A DNA stretch of 64,000 nucleotides from Picochlorum sp. SENEW3 (GCA_034226945.1 CP120462.1:1-64000), one strand, 5' to 3'. Counted from the stretch's first letter, positions 47,299-59,601 are shown. The notes: a model not told the origin generated them from the sequence alone. Numbers and translations: made by a program.

Positions 47299-47667
47299 CT
47301 ATGTTTCATCCTCTAGAAGCAATAAATTAGGAATTCCGTCGTGGATCTCAAACCTCCTTCCAGTTTCTGGGCAGATCAAAGCTCCCTCCTCAACATACAC
47401 TTCGAGCAGGGCGTGATGGAACTTTTGAAGGAATTCATCATCCTCAAGCATCTCCTCTGTAACCTCTGTCGGCAAATCTGTCTCTCCTAGAGTATCAGCT
47501 GCTTCTTTCAGTGCCTGCCACTGGAGCCGAGGGAAAATATGTCGAAGAAAGTCGGGGTCGTAGTCTACCTCTCGAGTCTCTATCTTCTCTGCCTCAATTT
47601 TGAATGGATATCCATTCTTTACATTCTTAATATGGCATTGAAGCATATTATGGGTCAACAGCTTCAT
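47299..47667 (-). CDS. TRM112: Multifunctional methyltransferase subunit TRM112
   Basis: MKLLTHNML, HHALLEV..EEGALICPETGRRF and GIPNLLL. Confidence 0.96.
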   Translation of the reverse strand: MKLLTHNMLQCHIKNVKNGYPFKIEAEKIETREVDYDPDFLRHIFPRLQWQALKEAADTLGETDLPTEVTEEMLEDDEFLQKFHHALLEVYVEEGALICPETGRRFEIHDGIPNLLLLEDET

Positions 47668-48159
47668 GGTATGCTATGCTATGTCTACACCGTGCAATTG
47701 CAATGCAGTGAATATCAATCGTTCTTTGCTTGGTGGTATCCCTGTGATATATGTATCAATACTTTTTATATGTTTTTTCTTCATGGGGACCGTCAGAGGT
47801 AGAGTGTTTCTAATAGTTCAATTGTCCATGCGCATTATCATTTGCCAGAGTATTACATTACAGTATCATCAGTCTGGTGACTCACCATATGGTGAAGATG
47901 TATGACTGAGAACATGAGAACACGAATAGACGCTCGTATGTCAAGAGAGGGGATACATGCGTGTATCATGGCCCATGCATGATGTGTGGCATTTCCTCCA
48001 TTTCGAAATGGAGTGAATTGAACATGAATTGAACATGTTCTCATATCTGGATAAGGCGCCTTTTTTCGTAGGATTTGAGGTCTTGTCATTGCGATACATT
48101 GGCTAAAAATTCTTTAGTATTTCATAGTATTGTCCTCATCGAACGTTTTATCGTACAAG

Positions 48160-49425
48160 ATGCTCGCCAAGGCCACATCCGCGTTCACTGGGTGCGCACT
48201 TTCACGTGGCACTGCAGCCTCTAGAACACCTGCATCGTTGTTTGCAACCAAATCATACAAAAATAGTGCGTTTAATGCTATTGTGGTGCACTGAATTTAC
48301 AGTTTGATTAGCCTGGGTGGGTATAGGGATGGGTGTGCTCTGAACACAATCTGATCTTTTGTTCGGACTAACGCGGACCTCTGTTCTTTTTTTATAGGAA
48401 TTTCACAGAGAAATGTAGTCTCCAATGCTCAGAAGCAAAAGTCTGGAAAGGAGCAAGAGGTTTTTCTTGGGGTCAAGGGTAATGCTCAGTTGTTGGGAAT
48501 GAAGGGTGCTGATGAGGAGACTGATGTGTTGAAAATCCGAATTCAGCTGATGAAACCAGTTACATGGATTCCGTTGATTTGGGGTGTTCTCTGTGGAGCT
48601 GCCGCCTCTGGAAACTTTGAATGGACCCCGAGGGATGTGGGTTTGTCAGCTCTGTGCATGGTCATGTCAGGTCCTCTGCTCACTGGATTCACGCAAACCA
48701 TTAATGATTGGTACGATAGGGAAATCGATGCCATTAACGAGCCATACCGCCCCATTCCATCCGGCAAGATTTCAGAGAATGAGGTCGTGGGTCAGATTGT
48801 GGGGCTCCTTGCTGGAGGATTGGGTGTGGCATACCTGTTGGATACTCTGGTCGGGCATGAGACACCCACACTCTTTTGGCTCGCTCTTCTTGGGTCTGGA
48901 ATATCGTATATTTACTCCGCACCTCCATTGAAATTGAAGCAGAGCGGATGGATTGGAAATTACGCCCTTGGCTCCTCCTACATCACCTTGCCGTGGCTTG
49001 CTGGGCAGGCTCTCTTTGGAACAGTCACATTGGATGTTGTCATCCTGACAATGCTTTACTCAATTGCAGGACTCGGCATTGCTATTGTGAATGATTTTAA
49101 ATCTATTGAGGGAGATCGTCAGATGGGACTTCAGTCCCTCCCAGTCGCCTTTGGAGTGGAAACTGCCAAATGGATCTGTGTGGCTTCCATTGATATCACG
49201 CAGTTGGGCATTGCTGCATACCTGGCATTTGGTTTGGATGAGCCGATATACGCCGCCGTACTGACCGGATTGATCATTCCCCAAATCATTGCTCAGGTCA
49301 AGTACTTTATTCCAGACCCCATTGCAAATGACGTCAAGTATCAGGCATCAGCCCAACCATTCCTTGTCTTTGGTTTATTAACGACTGGATTGGCCATTGG
49401 CCATCATGTCAATAGTGCTTTGTAA
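48160..49425 (+). CDS. CHLG: Chlorophyll synthase (intron ~48267-48397)
   Basis: KPVTWIPLIWGVLCGAAASG, NDWYDREIDAINEPYRPIPSG, NDFKSIEGD and NDVKYQASAQPF. Confidence 0.97.
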
Positions 49426-49966
49426 TCAATCAGCATGCATGCTCCATGAATGGAGGACATCATCTCCTGCTTGCTTAAGCAAGCTTGCTTGCTTGCATCA
49501 GAATTGGTGATTTCGCTGCATGACTCGATCTGATGCTGTGTATTGCATTACATGTAAGTCAGTCGTCATATGAATGGCCAATAAAATCTGTTTTCTAACA
49601 CCCAGCAACCTTATCGTTGAACAGCACTATAGAGAAGTATGTCCAATGGACAGCATTTGGGTCAGGAGGTTTTTTTCATCCCTACGTAAATCTCTAAACA
49701 TTTTATTTAGGGATTTCCTCCTGGGGGCCTGATTGTCTTGGATGATATTCGTCATATTTTTCGCCTGTGTAATATATCCCAAAAAAAAACATGTAAAATA
49801 ATAATAATAGTAGTTTGTTGTTGTTGAATGCTGTACTCGTCAAGAGCGTATGCTACCCTCTCTGGCTGAAAATACTTTCAAAGCGACGTCCTGTTAAAGC
49901 TGAGAATCTAGTATGAATGCAGACGCATTTGTGCATAACTAGTGTATTTAGTGAAATATAGCACCG

Positions 49967-52900
49967 ATGGACTCCTTTGAGGTGGAAGAGACTGGCAGTT
50001 CTGGTCGTCGAATTCTGGGCGACTCGAGTTCGAGTGGGTTTTGGAGGTACGGGGTGTTTGATACCTGTTCTGTTTGCATTGTTTGTTCATAAACATTGTA
50101 CTATTGGCCGTGTGCAGATTTTTTGGTGATGGGCTGGGTCGTGTATTCGGCAAAAGGACTCAGAGCTTTCGTCCTCTCCCTACTGAGGAGGAGGAGGGGT
50201 TAGGGGAGGATGTGTCATCCTATCTGCATCGTTGGTGTCCCGAAGAAGAGGCTGGAACTATGTCTGGGTTATTTTTTGCGTGGGTGGGTGGTCTCTTGAA
50301 GCTTGGTAGGCAGAAGGCTCTGGAGCAGCATGATTTGTGGGACATTGCGCATCAGGATGATGCATTCAGAGTGTCAGACTCCTTTAGAAAACAGCTCATC
50401 TCCACTGCTGATAGCATCGAGGCTCCCGAGGGAAGGATTGGGTGGGCCATGTGGAAGGCGCATAGAAAGATGTTCATCATTGCCGGCTTGATCAAGTTCT
50501 TCCATGATTGCATCATGTTCTTGGGGCCTTTTATTTTGGAGGTGCTGCTGAAGCACATTCAGGGAGACGGATCCCGGTGGCTTGGAATAGTGTTTGCTTT
50601 GGCTTTGACTGTGGCAAATATAGTACAAACACTTGCAGTGAACAAGTACTTTCACATTTTATTCCGAATATGTCTGCATTTGAAGACAGGGTTGGTCAAC
50701 TCGCTGTATGAAAAGAGTCTGAGGCTTGCAGCTGGGAAAGTGTCGGATCTTGGAGTAGGCTCCGTTGTTAATTTACAATCAAATGATGCGGCAAAATTGT
50801 GGAAATTGCCCCAGTATTTGCATATGATATGGTCCGGCCCCTTTCAAATTCTCACGGTGATGGGATTGCTGATCAGAATCATACACTTCTGGCCTGCATT
50901 TGTTGGGCTCGCAGTGACAGTGACAATCATCCCGTTGTCGACGATAGTGGCGCGGGCTTTGGCACGAATACGGAAGCGAGTCGTGAAATTGACCGATGCT
51001 CGCGTGAAACTCGCTAGCGAGGTGATCATAGGCATCAAAGCGATCAAGTTGTATGCCTGGGAGGAGGCATACTGTGAGAGAATTCAAGAGCTAAGGAGGA
51101 AAGAGCTTGGGGCGATTAGAACTGCTGCACTTGTGGGTTTGTGGAACAATATATTATGGCTTGGAGGCCCAATTGTGATTAGCATGGCAGCCTTCTATAC
51201 CTACACCATGATGGGGTATGAACTCACAGCAGCTGTGGCTTTTCCAGCATTATCTTTGTTCAACTTGTTGAGGTTTCCAGTCATGATGTTCCCCACGCAG
51301 TTGATGAATATTGTTAATGGAAAGGTGGCTTTGGATAGGATACAGGCATTCATGGAGTCGGATGAGATGGCCCAAGCAGAAGAGCAAGCAGCTGGGGCCC
51401 CTGCAGTGTCAATCGCAAAGGGTTCCTTCTCGTGGATGATGGGGCATGATACCCTGCTACATGATATAAATTTATCTGTAGGAAAGGGACAGTTTGCTAT
51501 TGTTGTCGGGGAAGTAGGTTCGGGCAAAACGAGTTTGCTGGCAGCTATATTGGGTGAGATGCTCGCTCGCTCTGGGAAGGTGACTGTCAGAGGCTCAGTG
51601 GCCTATACACAGCAAGATCCATGGATACAAAATGCATCTTTGAAAGAAAATATTCTATTGGATCGTGAATACGACGAAGAAAAGTACAACGAGGTGATCA
51701 GGGCATGTGCTCTGGTAAAGGATCTAGCAATGTTGCCTGCAGGTGATGAAACAGAGATTGGAGAAAAAGGTGTCAACTTATCTGGTGGTCAGCGTCATAG
51801 AGTGGCACTTGCCCGAGCTTGCTACGGAATGTCGGACGTATATCTGTTGGATGATCCTTTATCAGCTGTCGATGCACATGTAGGGAGACAGTTACTCAAC
51901 GAGTGCCTGCTTGGTTTGTTGAAGACAAGAACCAGAATATTGGTGACCCACCAGCTGCAATACCTTCCCGCAGCCGACGTTGTGATCGTAGTAAAGGGCG
52001 GTAAAATCATAGAGTCTGGAACGTACGAATCCCTCGTGGACAGGGGCATTGACTTCCACCAATTTGAGATGGAATCCTTGCCCTCATCATCGTCAACCTC
52101 CTCCATTGATGCAGGTGATGGTTCTAGTCAGGATGACACTACCAAGGATGGTGATCAACTTAGCTCTTCAATCGCATCCTCTAGTGAAGGATCTAATGGT
52201 GAGGCCCCGCTTTCTCTGGAGAAGGCGAGCGCGAAGAATAGCGGGTCAGAGGCCAAAGGCGAAGGAGCAGCAACAGATGCGGATGTATCACTAAGCCGCA
52301 AGAAACTTACCAAAGCAGAGGAGAGAGCGGTAGGACAAGTAAATAGAAAGGTATACATGAAATATTTCTTGGCATGGGGGCCAATGCTAATCATTCCCTC
52401 AACTGTATTGTTCCTGGCCATGACTGAGAGAGGACTCCAGTCCGCACAGAGTTGGTGGCTGTCGGTATGGTCGACAGCGTCTGAGGAACGCAAGCTTGCG
52501 CAAAGCGATTCTTTGTATTATATGAAAGTGTACTTTTTACTCGGCTTTGTGTCTTTGGGAGTCCAGGTGGTCAGGGCGGTGGTCCTTGTCCTTGGATCTC
52601 TGTTGGCAGCTGGGACCTTGCAGAACTCACTTTTGGCTACAGTTCTTCGCCTTCCCATGTCTTTCTTTGACTCGCAGCCGACTGGAAGATTACTTAACAG
52701 GTTTACAAAGGACGTAGAAGCTGTTGATACCTCGCTGCAAGCTTCTGTATCATCCTTTTTGAACTGCACTGTGAGTGTCTTTTGGTCCCTCATTGTTGTT
52801 GTTGCGGTAAGCCCAACCATAGCATTGGCGTTCGTGCCAATTGCGTTTGCTTATGCGTCTATTCAAAAGAGATACATTGCAACATCACGAGAATTGAAAC

Positions 52901-54090
52901 GGCTGGATTCTTTGGCGATGTCACCGATATTCTCGCACTTTTCAGAAACAGTCCAGGGCCTGACAGTGGTGCGAGCGTTCAGGGCCCAGGGCAACTTTGA
53001 ATCCAAGAATAAGGTTTTGCTGAACGAGTCCAACCGGTGCTTCTGGCCTACTCAATGCGTTAATAGATGGCTGTCTGTCCGATTAGAACTCTTGGGAACC
53101 TTCGTCGTGTTATGCTCTGCAGTCTTTGTGTCTGGCATCATGCCCACATCAGCTGGATTGGCAGGGCTTGCCCTCACCAGTGCCCTCAACCTGACCGGCC
53201 TGATGAGCTGGATGGTTCGTCAGACGACAGAGCTCGAAGTTAATATGAATTCTGTCGAGCGACTAATGGAATACGACGACGAGAAAACAGAGGCCCCTGC
53301 CATTGTACCAACCAATCGTCCTCTCCCAGAATGGCCTACACGGGGAGAGATACAGGTGGAAAACCTGGTTGTCCGGTACCGGCCGGAGCTGGACCCAGTA
53401 TTGCATGGAATATCTTTTTCTGTCAAGTCAGGGGAGAAGATTGGGATCGCAGGTCGCACTGGATGTGGCAAGTCAACATTGATGATGGCTCTCTACAGGA
53501 TTGTGGAGCCTTGGTCGGGCAGGGTCATCATTGATTCCATTGATGTGGGAGCCATCGGTCTCCGGGATCTTCGCTCACGCCTATCCTTGGTACCTCAGGA
53601 TCCAATCGTGTTCAGTGGAAGCGTCAGGAGCAACATTGACCCTTTTAACAACGCAGAGCATGATGACGAACTATGGGAAGCACTCTCCCAGGCAGGTCTT
53701 GCAAATTTAGTTCGAAAGCTAGATGGTGGATTGGACGCACCAATCGCCGAATCGGGAGGAAATCTCAGTGGAGGCCAGAGGCAGCTGTTGTGCATGGCTA
53801 GAGCATTGCTGAGGTCCAGCAAAATTTTGATATTGGATGAAGCAACATCGAGTATTGACACCTCAACCGACGCGATCATCCAGTCCACTATTGCCACTGC
53901 TTTCAAGGACAGTACCGTCCTCACAATAGCGCATCGATTGCATACCATCATTGGTAGTGATCGGGTACTCGTTCTGGATGCCGGACATGTGGCAGAGTTT
54001 GACACACCTGATGCGCTTTTGGCACAGCAGGGAGGTGCATTCAAATCATTGGTGGAGGAAACTAAAAGTAGCTTGCCCTCCAGTGCATGA
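49967..54090 (+). CDS. ABC transporter, subfamily C (MRP), intron ~50047-50118
   Basis: TMD-NBD-TMD-NBD layout. GEVGSGKT, GEKGVNLSGGQ, LLDDPLSAVD, GRTGCGKS, LDEATSS and TIAHRL. Confidence 0.96.
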
Positions 54091-54154
54091 GAATATTTCA
54101 TTGTTGTACAATTTTATTTTACACGTAGGTACATGTAAATTTGTTGAGCGCCCA

Positions 54155-55485
54155 TCAAAGAGACCCAGCAAGGCCTTGAATGATCATCTGATACCCATCT
54201 GGGATGGGGTCTCCCTGCATGACAGCTGCTGTGATGGCGTCCACGTCCTCTGGGCTGAATCCAGCCTTCTCAGCTAAAAACAGCATGAGGTGAAAATCTT
54301 TCAATCGCTCGGAGAATGGCCTAGCAGAATACTTGTCCAAGTGCGCCTTCAATTCTGCTGGGCCCTGGGCCAGCAACCTATTCTCTATTGCAAAAGAATT
54401 CATCACAATGCTTTCATGATCCTTAATACTCACAGGGACTAGGAAATAATCTACATCAACCTCGCTCGTATCTTTCCCTCCAACAATGACAGGCGTGGCA
54501 TCCCTAGTATCCTTTGGGTTTGTCACCTTTAATGTCGATGTCCCACCCTCCGAGAACCAGCCTTCCTTGTACAATCGAACGCATTGCTGGGACACTTGAA
54601 AGGCTTCAAAATGGATTTCTGGCACGTCGCCGTCTTCTTCTGGCTCCAGCAGCGCCACAACTCCAGTCACCGCACATTCACCCATCTCATCCTGTATGGC
54701 TGCCATTTGCAGCACTTCCTCCGCGCTGAAAATGTAATCACGCTCTTTCGTGCTTTGCGAAAATATCCATCCAACCTTTTTCCAACCCCACACTTCCGCA
54801 ATCCTGTCCGCCATCTCTTCCTGCGGCGTGTTCCTTTCCAGAGAGAGGCCATCCTGCGAGCCCTGCTGAGGTGGTTCGTAGATCGCATGGATCAAGACGT
54901 TCTTCTCATCATCCACTTCTCCATAGAGAATACCCCCTCGTTTTATAGAAAAGGCCATCGCCGATTGAATGTACGTCTGAAACATGTTGGCTGCATGCAT
55001 GTCAAACGAGGCTGATGAGCACACTGCCTTCTCTTGCCTTTCTATTCTAGTCTGCTTGGCAACCATCTCCTCGATAGTCATATGAGCTCCAAAACTGCGC
55101 TTCATAAACTCAGGGAGGCGAACACCCTCGACTTCCCTATCGAAATCATAGAACAAGTGAACAATGTCTCCATGACTGATCCCCAAGCTTTCCAACTCGG
55201 CAGTGTCATCGGACATGTCTCCGAACGACTCAGGACAGAAACCAACATCATCTCGGGTCGTTAATAATTTAGGATTCTGAGAAAGCGTCATCGCATCCTC
55301 AGGAACTCCGAGATCAGAGGCAATGTGCTGCTTCAAATCTTTCACCGTCGCCCCTTCTGGCACTTTGACCCTCTCCAGGCCATCCCTGAAATTCATTTAA
55401 CGAATATTATGCTTTAGAATCATTGTAGGATACCATGGGGGAGTGTTTCGTTGGCGTACCTCGATCGAACTCGAATTGTAACCAT
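54155..55485 (-). CDS. NPL4: NPL4 (CDC48/UFD1 cofactor), intron ~55386-55459
   Basis: Spliced N-terminus MVTIRVRSR|DGLERV. Motifs RGGILYG, AIYEPPQ, VGWIFSQ and HFEAFQVS. Confidence 0.92.
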
Positions 55486-55539
55486 GGCGTCAAAACATGG
55501 CACACTATCAACAATACACCGTTACAAAATATAAATATT

Positions 55540-57027
55540 CTATATGATATGTGGTCGTCGGGGACAGAGCAGATTGTAGAATGCACCAGACACGAAGAGA
55601 TCGCCCCCTGCTGCTGCCTTGTCACCAACTGACTTCCAAGCGACCCATTTCCCCTTGTGAATCTTGGTTAGGTCATCCGAGCCGGTGTAATGAGGGTCCA
55701 GGATCAGGAATGCACAGTCTCCTGTGGCTTCATCGTAATCAATGGCCAATAAGGTGTATGCGAGGACACCGCCTCCAATCATGATTGGGGTTCCCTGGGT
55801 GTCAAAGTGCTGACCAATCTGCCTTGCAACACTTGCCATCTCTGCCCCGTCCGACACAGTGATAATCTTGCATTGGACCTGGTACAGCGAGTCCAGTACG
55901 TATCCTAGCTCTATGGCACCTATCCAACTTTTGCTGCCAACGAAGCCTGCCTGCTTGTCACCCAACGCAACTAGTGTTTTTTGAATTTCTTCGTGTGATG
56001 GGGGATCCCTGGCAGTATATCCCTGCAGTTTTAGCCAGGAGCTGATTGTCTGTAGAGACCTATACGCGCATCCCCATCCAGAATCATCGATGTCCTGCAT
56101 GTAGTGGTAGTACTCGTAGGCCCCTTGTATCTTGTGCAGGGTGCCAGTGGCATTTCGTTCAAGGCCTTGGTCAACGCATCTCAGTCGACCGATTTTCTTT
56201 CCCGAGACTGACTCTGCTTGCATCGATGAAAACGAATTGGCTATCCGCAAAAAGGGTCGCTCATCTCCTAGCCCCAGCGCATGCTGGACAGCTCGTCTAT
56301 GGGCAATGGACTGCTCACCATCATCATCCATGGTGCCTTCTTTGACAGGGTACACCATGCACACGGGGAAGCCTAATCGCTCCGGCCAGAAATGAAAAGC
56401 TTCAAAATGATAGGATGGACCGTATCTATTGCTTTCGAACATGCTCCTCATGCTGGCCACCTGGCGCCTGAGGGCACTGGCAACACTCCCTTTTCCATCA
56501 CAGCCTGTGGAGGGGAGGAAACACATAACATTCATGCAAAACGTCGTCCAATTCACCTGGCCCTGTGAATCATCAATACTCAGGGATGGGGCAAGGTGGC
56601 GGTTATCCTTCGTGTGGGACAATACCATACCGGTGTCCGACAGGACAATACTGTCAAGCGAGTCCAGAAAATCATCCACATTGTGACTGCTATTTGAACT
56701 CACAGGCAATTGAGCTGAAACATGCAATGCCTTCATATGTGTCTCTAAAGGGTTTTCTTCCACGAGCATGACATCCTCCATCGCGTACTGTCCGCACGCG
56801 TCCAAAGAAAAGACAAGGTCTGTGCCATTCTTCTTCTCCGCGCTCCCCACCGTCTGCAGACCGGGCACTAGGACGCTCTCGACCAGTCTTGCGTCCCTGA
56901 CCACTCCAACTACATAAATTTCTTGTTCTGATCCTGAACACCCCACCAGAGACACCACGTCGTCCGTGTCCCACTGCTCCAGCGTTCGAATGACCGGAGC
57001 ATAAACAACCACCCGCGATTTCTGCAT
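55540..57027 (-). CDS. UFSP2: Ufm1-specific protease 2 (peptidase C78)
   Basis: YEYYHYMQD..DSGWGCAYRSLQT, GTPIMIGGG and LILDPHYTG. Confidence 0.95.
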   Translation of the reverse strand: MQKSRVVVYAPVIRTLEQWDTDDVVSLVGCSGSEQEIYVVGVVRDARLVESVLVPGLQTVGSAEKKNGTDLVFSLDACGQYAMEDVMLVEENPLETHMKALHVSAQLPVSSNSSHNVDDFLDSLDSIVLSDTGMVLSHTKDNRHLAPSLSIDDSQGQVNWTTFCMNVMCFLPSTGCDGKGSVASALRRQVASMRSMFESNRYGPSYHFEAFHFWPERLGFPVCMVYPVKEGTMDDDGEQSIAHRRAVQHALGLGDERPFLRIANSFSSMQAESVSGKKIGRLRCVDQGLERNATGTLHKIQGAYEYYHYMQDIDDSGWGCAYRSLQTISSWLKLQGYTARDPPSHEEIQKTLVALGDKQAGFVGSKSWIGAIELGYVLDSLYQVQCKIITVSDGAEMASVARQIGQHFDTQGTPIMIGGGVLAYTLLAIDYDEATGDCAFLILDPHYTGSDDLTKIHKGKWVAWKSVGDKAAAGGDLFVSGAFYNLLCPRRPHII

Positions 57028-57059
57028 TGCACCGTATTACAATTGAATAGCTGAAAAAA

Positions 57060-58280
57060 TTATCTCAAATCGGGACAGAGGAAAATACACCGCAGAGACT
57101 GTATTTCTTCCTCCCTCATGCCACCAGCCATCAAATACCCATCAACTCCGGAGGTGGTGGTGGAACCATATTCCTGCTCGAGAAAGTCTAGGGTGGCCTC
57201 CATCACGTTCTCTGCCGACGCCATGATGGCATCTGTCGTCAAAGACTCTGGCATTGATCGTAGTTGATGGTTCTGGCGGCCTTCTTTCAAGAGCACTTCG
57301 CTGAGGGCGTAATCTTTAATGATGTCTTCTCTTGGGACACCACACAACATATAGATGAGCATGATGAATAGCCCGGTCCTGTCCTTGCCATGAATACAGT
57401 GCACGATTGCTGGGAAACACGTCCTATTTGCATCTTTATCCAAGAAAAGTCTCAAGGCGCGCACAATCCTCTTCCTGCTGCCTTTCAGGATGATCTTGTA
57501 CAGCCTGACAAACCCCAGAACTTCTGGGTCAGCAACAGCTGCTGCCACCATGGTGTCTGGCTCCTCCCCTTTAATCTTCATCCACACCACCTTGGCTTTG
57601 ATATACATTGGTAATTCATAAAAGATCCAGTACTCTACCCAACTAGGGAGCAGGTCCACGTGGTACACGTCCACAGGAGCCACCCCGTACTTGGCCATGC
57701 TGTTGTTGGTGCACCTGATGCACTTTGGATACTCTTCCAAGGTGTTTTCATCCACCAGCACCGTCATGGTTCGCCTCACCAATTTTTTCTTCTTTCGCAG
57801 CACAAGCCGGCGAATGAGGACGACCATCCTTGTCAACCACCTGTTCAAACGCTGCATCTGATTCTGTGCAGATGCTTTGCAGGCAGCGGGTGGAACACGG
57901 AGATCCAACACCGTCCTGATGCCATGGTTCTTCATGTCCGTGCTGCTGATGACCTGCGACGATCTGAAAAGAATCTCGGCCCTCAGGTGATTGTGAGAGG
58001 CCTCAGGACGGCCCACATCCCTCATATTGACACTGTGCTGCTCATTATCCATGTATGATACCTTCCTCTTCAACTTGGCAAGGTCCACGTACGTGCTATA
58101 CCTAGGCCGTGGCCCATGGGCATTCACTGATTCAGTAGCATTGTCTGATGTTTCCGGGTGATCCAAGTCCACCTGATTCCCTTCGGGTAACAGCGAGACC
58201 CGTTGCTCTCCGTCCTCCTGCGTCTCTGCTGTCGTGGGCATATCTGGATTCTGATCCTCCTTGGGTACCTTTGATGCCAT
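57060..58280 (-). CDS. Tyrosine/lipid phosphatase (Y_phosphatase3, PtpB-like)
   Basis: NMRDVG, LFRSS, IRTVLDLR, active-site loop HCIHGKDRTG and IIKDYALS. Confidence 0.9.
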   Translation of the reverse strand: MASKVPKEDQNPDMPTTAETQEDGEQRVSLLPEGNQVDLDHPETSDNATESVNAHGPRPRYSTYVDLAKLKRKVSYMDNEQHSVNMRDVGRPEASHNHLRAEILFRSSQVISSTDMKNHGIRTVLDLRVPPAACKASAQNQMQRLNRWLTRMVVLIRRLVLRKKKKLVRRTMTVLVDENTLEEYPKCIRCTNNSMAKYGVAPVDVYHVDLLPSWVEYWIFYELPMYIKAKVVWMKIKGEEPDTMVAAAVADPEVLGFVRLYKIILKGSRKRIVRALRLFLDKDANRTCFPAIVHCIHGKDRTGLFIMLIYMLCGVPREDIIKDYALSEVLLKEGRQNHQLRSMPESLTTDAIMASAENVMEATLDFLEQEYGSTTTSGVDGYLMAGGMREEEIQSLRCIFLCPDLR

Positions 58281-58609
58281 GTTTGGCTTGGTCTATTAAA
58301 AAAAAATCACCATTTCCCTTTTCAAGGAAATTTTTGTAGTAGAAAGAGTGGGTGTGCATCATGGAATATCCGAAACAGACCATTGTGGACGTGCCAGGTG
58401 GGTTCTATGTATTCGTATGGGTTTCCCAGATCCTCTCTTGAGATCACTCTTGTGGTGCAGAGCTGAAAAGATGCGAGGGCTCTGTCCACTTTGAAGAGCC
58501 TTCATCATCAGCCGCGACGACTGCTGTTCACATTCGCGACTGGTCCATTCGCTTGACTCATGGGTCTCGTATAGCATCCCAGGAAGAGAGAGAACGCCTG
58601 GAGGAGGAG

Positions 58610-59296
58610 ATGTATTCTTCTCAAGAGCAAGGAGAAGGCGATCAGGGGCCTACCATTCGGAATCTGCCCGAGCAGGTCTATTCGGAGAATGTCCTGGTGC
58701 TGGAGCACAGGCCCAGTGGGAACACCATCAGGTTCAGCGCAGCAGATGCGTTGCAGCAATGGATTTGTGACGGTAACGAGCCTATACAGTTGAATATATC
58801 CGAAAAGTGGCAGCAGGAGAGGAAGAAGGATGCAGCAGAGGCGACACGAGTGGTGTATGATTGGACATACACCACCTCCTATGTGGGGAGCTGTGAGGGG
58901 TGGGATGTCCCTCGAGAGACGCAGGAGCAGATGGACAAGGCTTTGTTGATGGATCGACGTGCTCCAATTCTAGTATTTGATTCATTCCCGCTGTACGTGT
59001 CCGAGTTGGACGACATGGGGGTGTCAGAAGCGAGTGTCAAAATACGAGTAATGCCAGAGTGCTGGTTTGTCTTGCTGAGATTCTTCCTGAGGATAGATGG
59101 GCAGCTTGTTCGAATACGTGACGCGCGATATTTCTGCAATTTTGGACATGGTGAGACTGTCTTGCGCGAGGTGCGATGGCAGGAGGCTACCTCGGGGGTG
59201 GGCTATTGCAATGCAGATGAAGCAGCACAGATGCTCCAAGCTCTTGCCCCGTCAGGAGTGCAACACTACGCGATGGAGAAGCTCTTCGTCGGATGA
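58610..59296 (+). CDS. TIP41: TIP41-like protein (PP2A/TOR regulator)
   Basis: LPEQVY, YDWTYTTSY, LYVSELDDMG and VKIRVMPECWFVLLRFFLRIDG. Confidence 0.92.
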   Translation: MYSSQEQGEGDQGPTIRNLPEQVYSENVLVLEHRPSGNTIRFSAADALQQWICDGNEPIQLNISEKWQQERKKDAAEATRVVYDWTYTTSYVGSCEGWDVPRETQEQMDKALLMDRRAPILVFDSFPLYVSELDDMGVSEASVKIRVMPECWFVLLRFFLRIDGQLVRIRDARYFCNFGHGETVLREVRWQEATSGVGYCNADEAAQMLQALAPSGVQHYAMEKLFVG

Positions 59297-59309
59297 GAAA
59301 ATAGCATGT

Positions 59310-59316
59310 AAAAAAA
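59310..59316 (-). terminator. Pol III oligo(T) terminator of the permuted tRNA gene
   Basis: T7 run on the minus strand about 34 nt downstream of the 5'-half end. Confidence 0.55.
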
Positions 59317-59349
59317 TTTTATATCAGAATTCATTCGTATCGATCAGCA

Positions 59350-59452
59350 CTTAAAACTGGCGTGTTAGACCACTCCACCACATGACCTCTGAGAGGGTAT
59401 CTCGGCTTGGTCATGACAGGGTTCGAACCTGCGCCCTCAAAGAGGACCAGTG
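59350..59452 (-). tRNA. Circularly permuted tRNA-Leu(UAA): 3' half 59452-59408, 20-nt spacer, 5' half 59387-59350
   Basis: Acceptor stem GGTCATG/CATGACC plus discriminator A; D arm GTGGAGTGGTCTAACAC; anticodon stem CCAGT/ACTGG with TAA; long variable arm CCTC-TTT-GAGG; T arm GCAGG-TTCGAAC-CCTGT; bulge-helix-bulge at 37/38. Confidence 0.9.
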
Positions 59453-59601
59453 TCTTCAGCATCACGATTGCCAAATCGGGAATTTCCTGTGGAATACTTC
59501 GGGTGGAGACCCCGAGGGGGGCGCCCAAAATTCCTCAAAAAAACCTGTCGAGACTGAGATACCCCAAATTCTCTTCTTCTTATTAAAAAAAAACGATATA
59601 A

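Noticed and set aside
47790..47875. Possible C/D snoRNA on the minus strand (TGATGA...CTGA)
   Set aside because: Only about 9 nt of putative rRNA complementarity, not correctly placed against box D, and no clear terminal stem. It cannot be supported without snoscan.
48319..48328. GGGTATAGGG in the ChlG intron as an interstitial telomere
   Set aside because: A single short match, compatible with chance.
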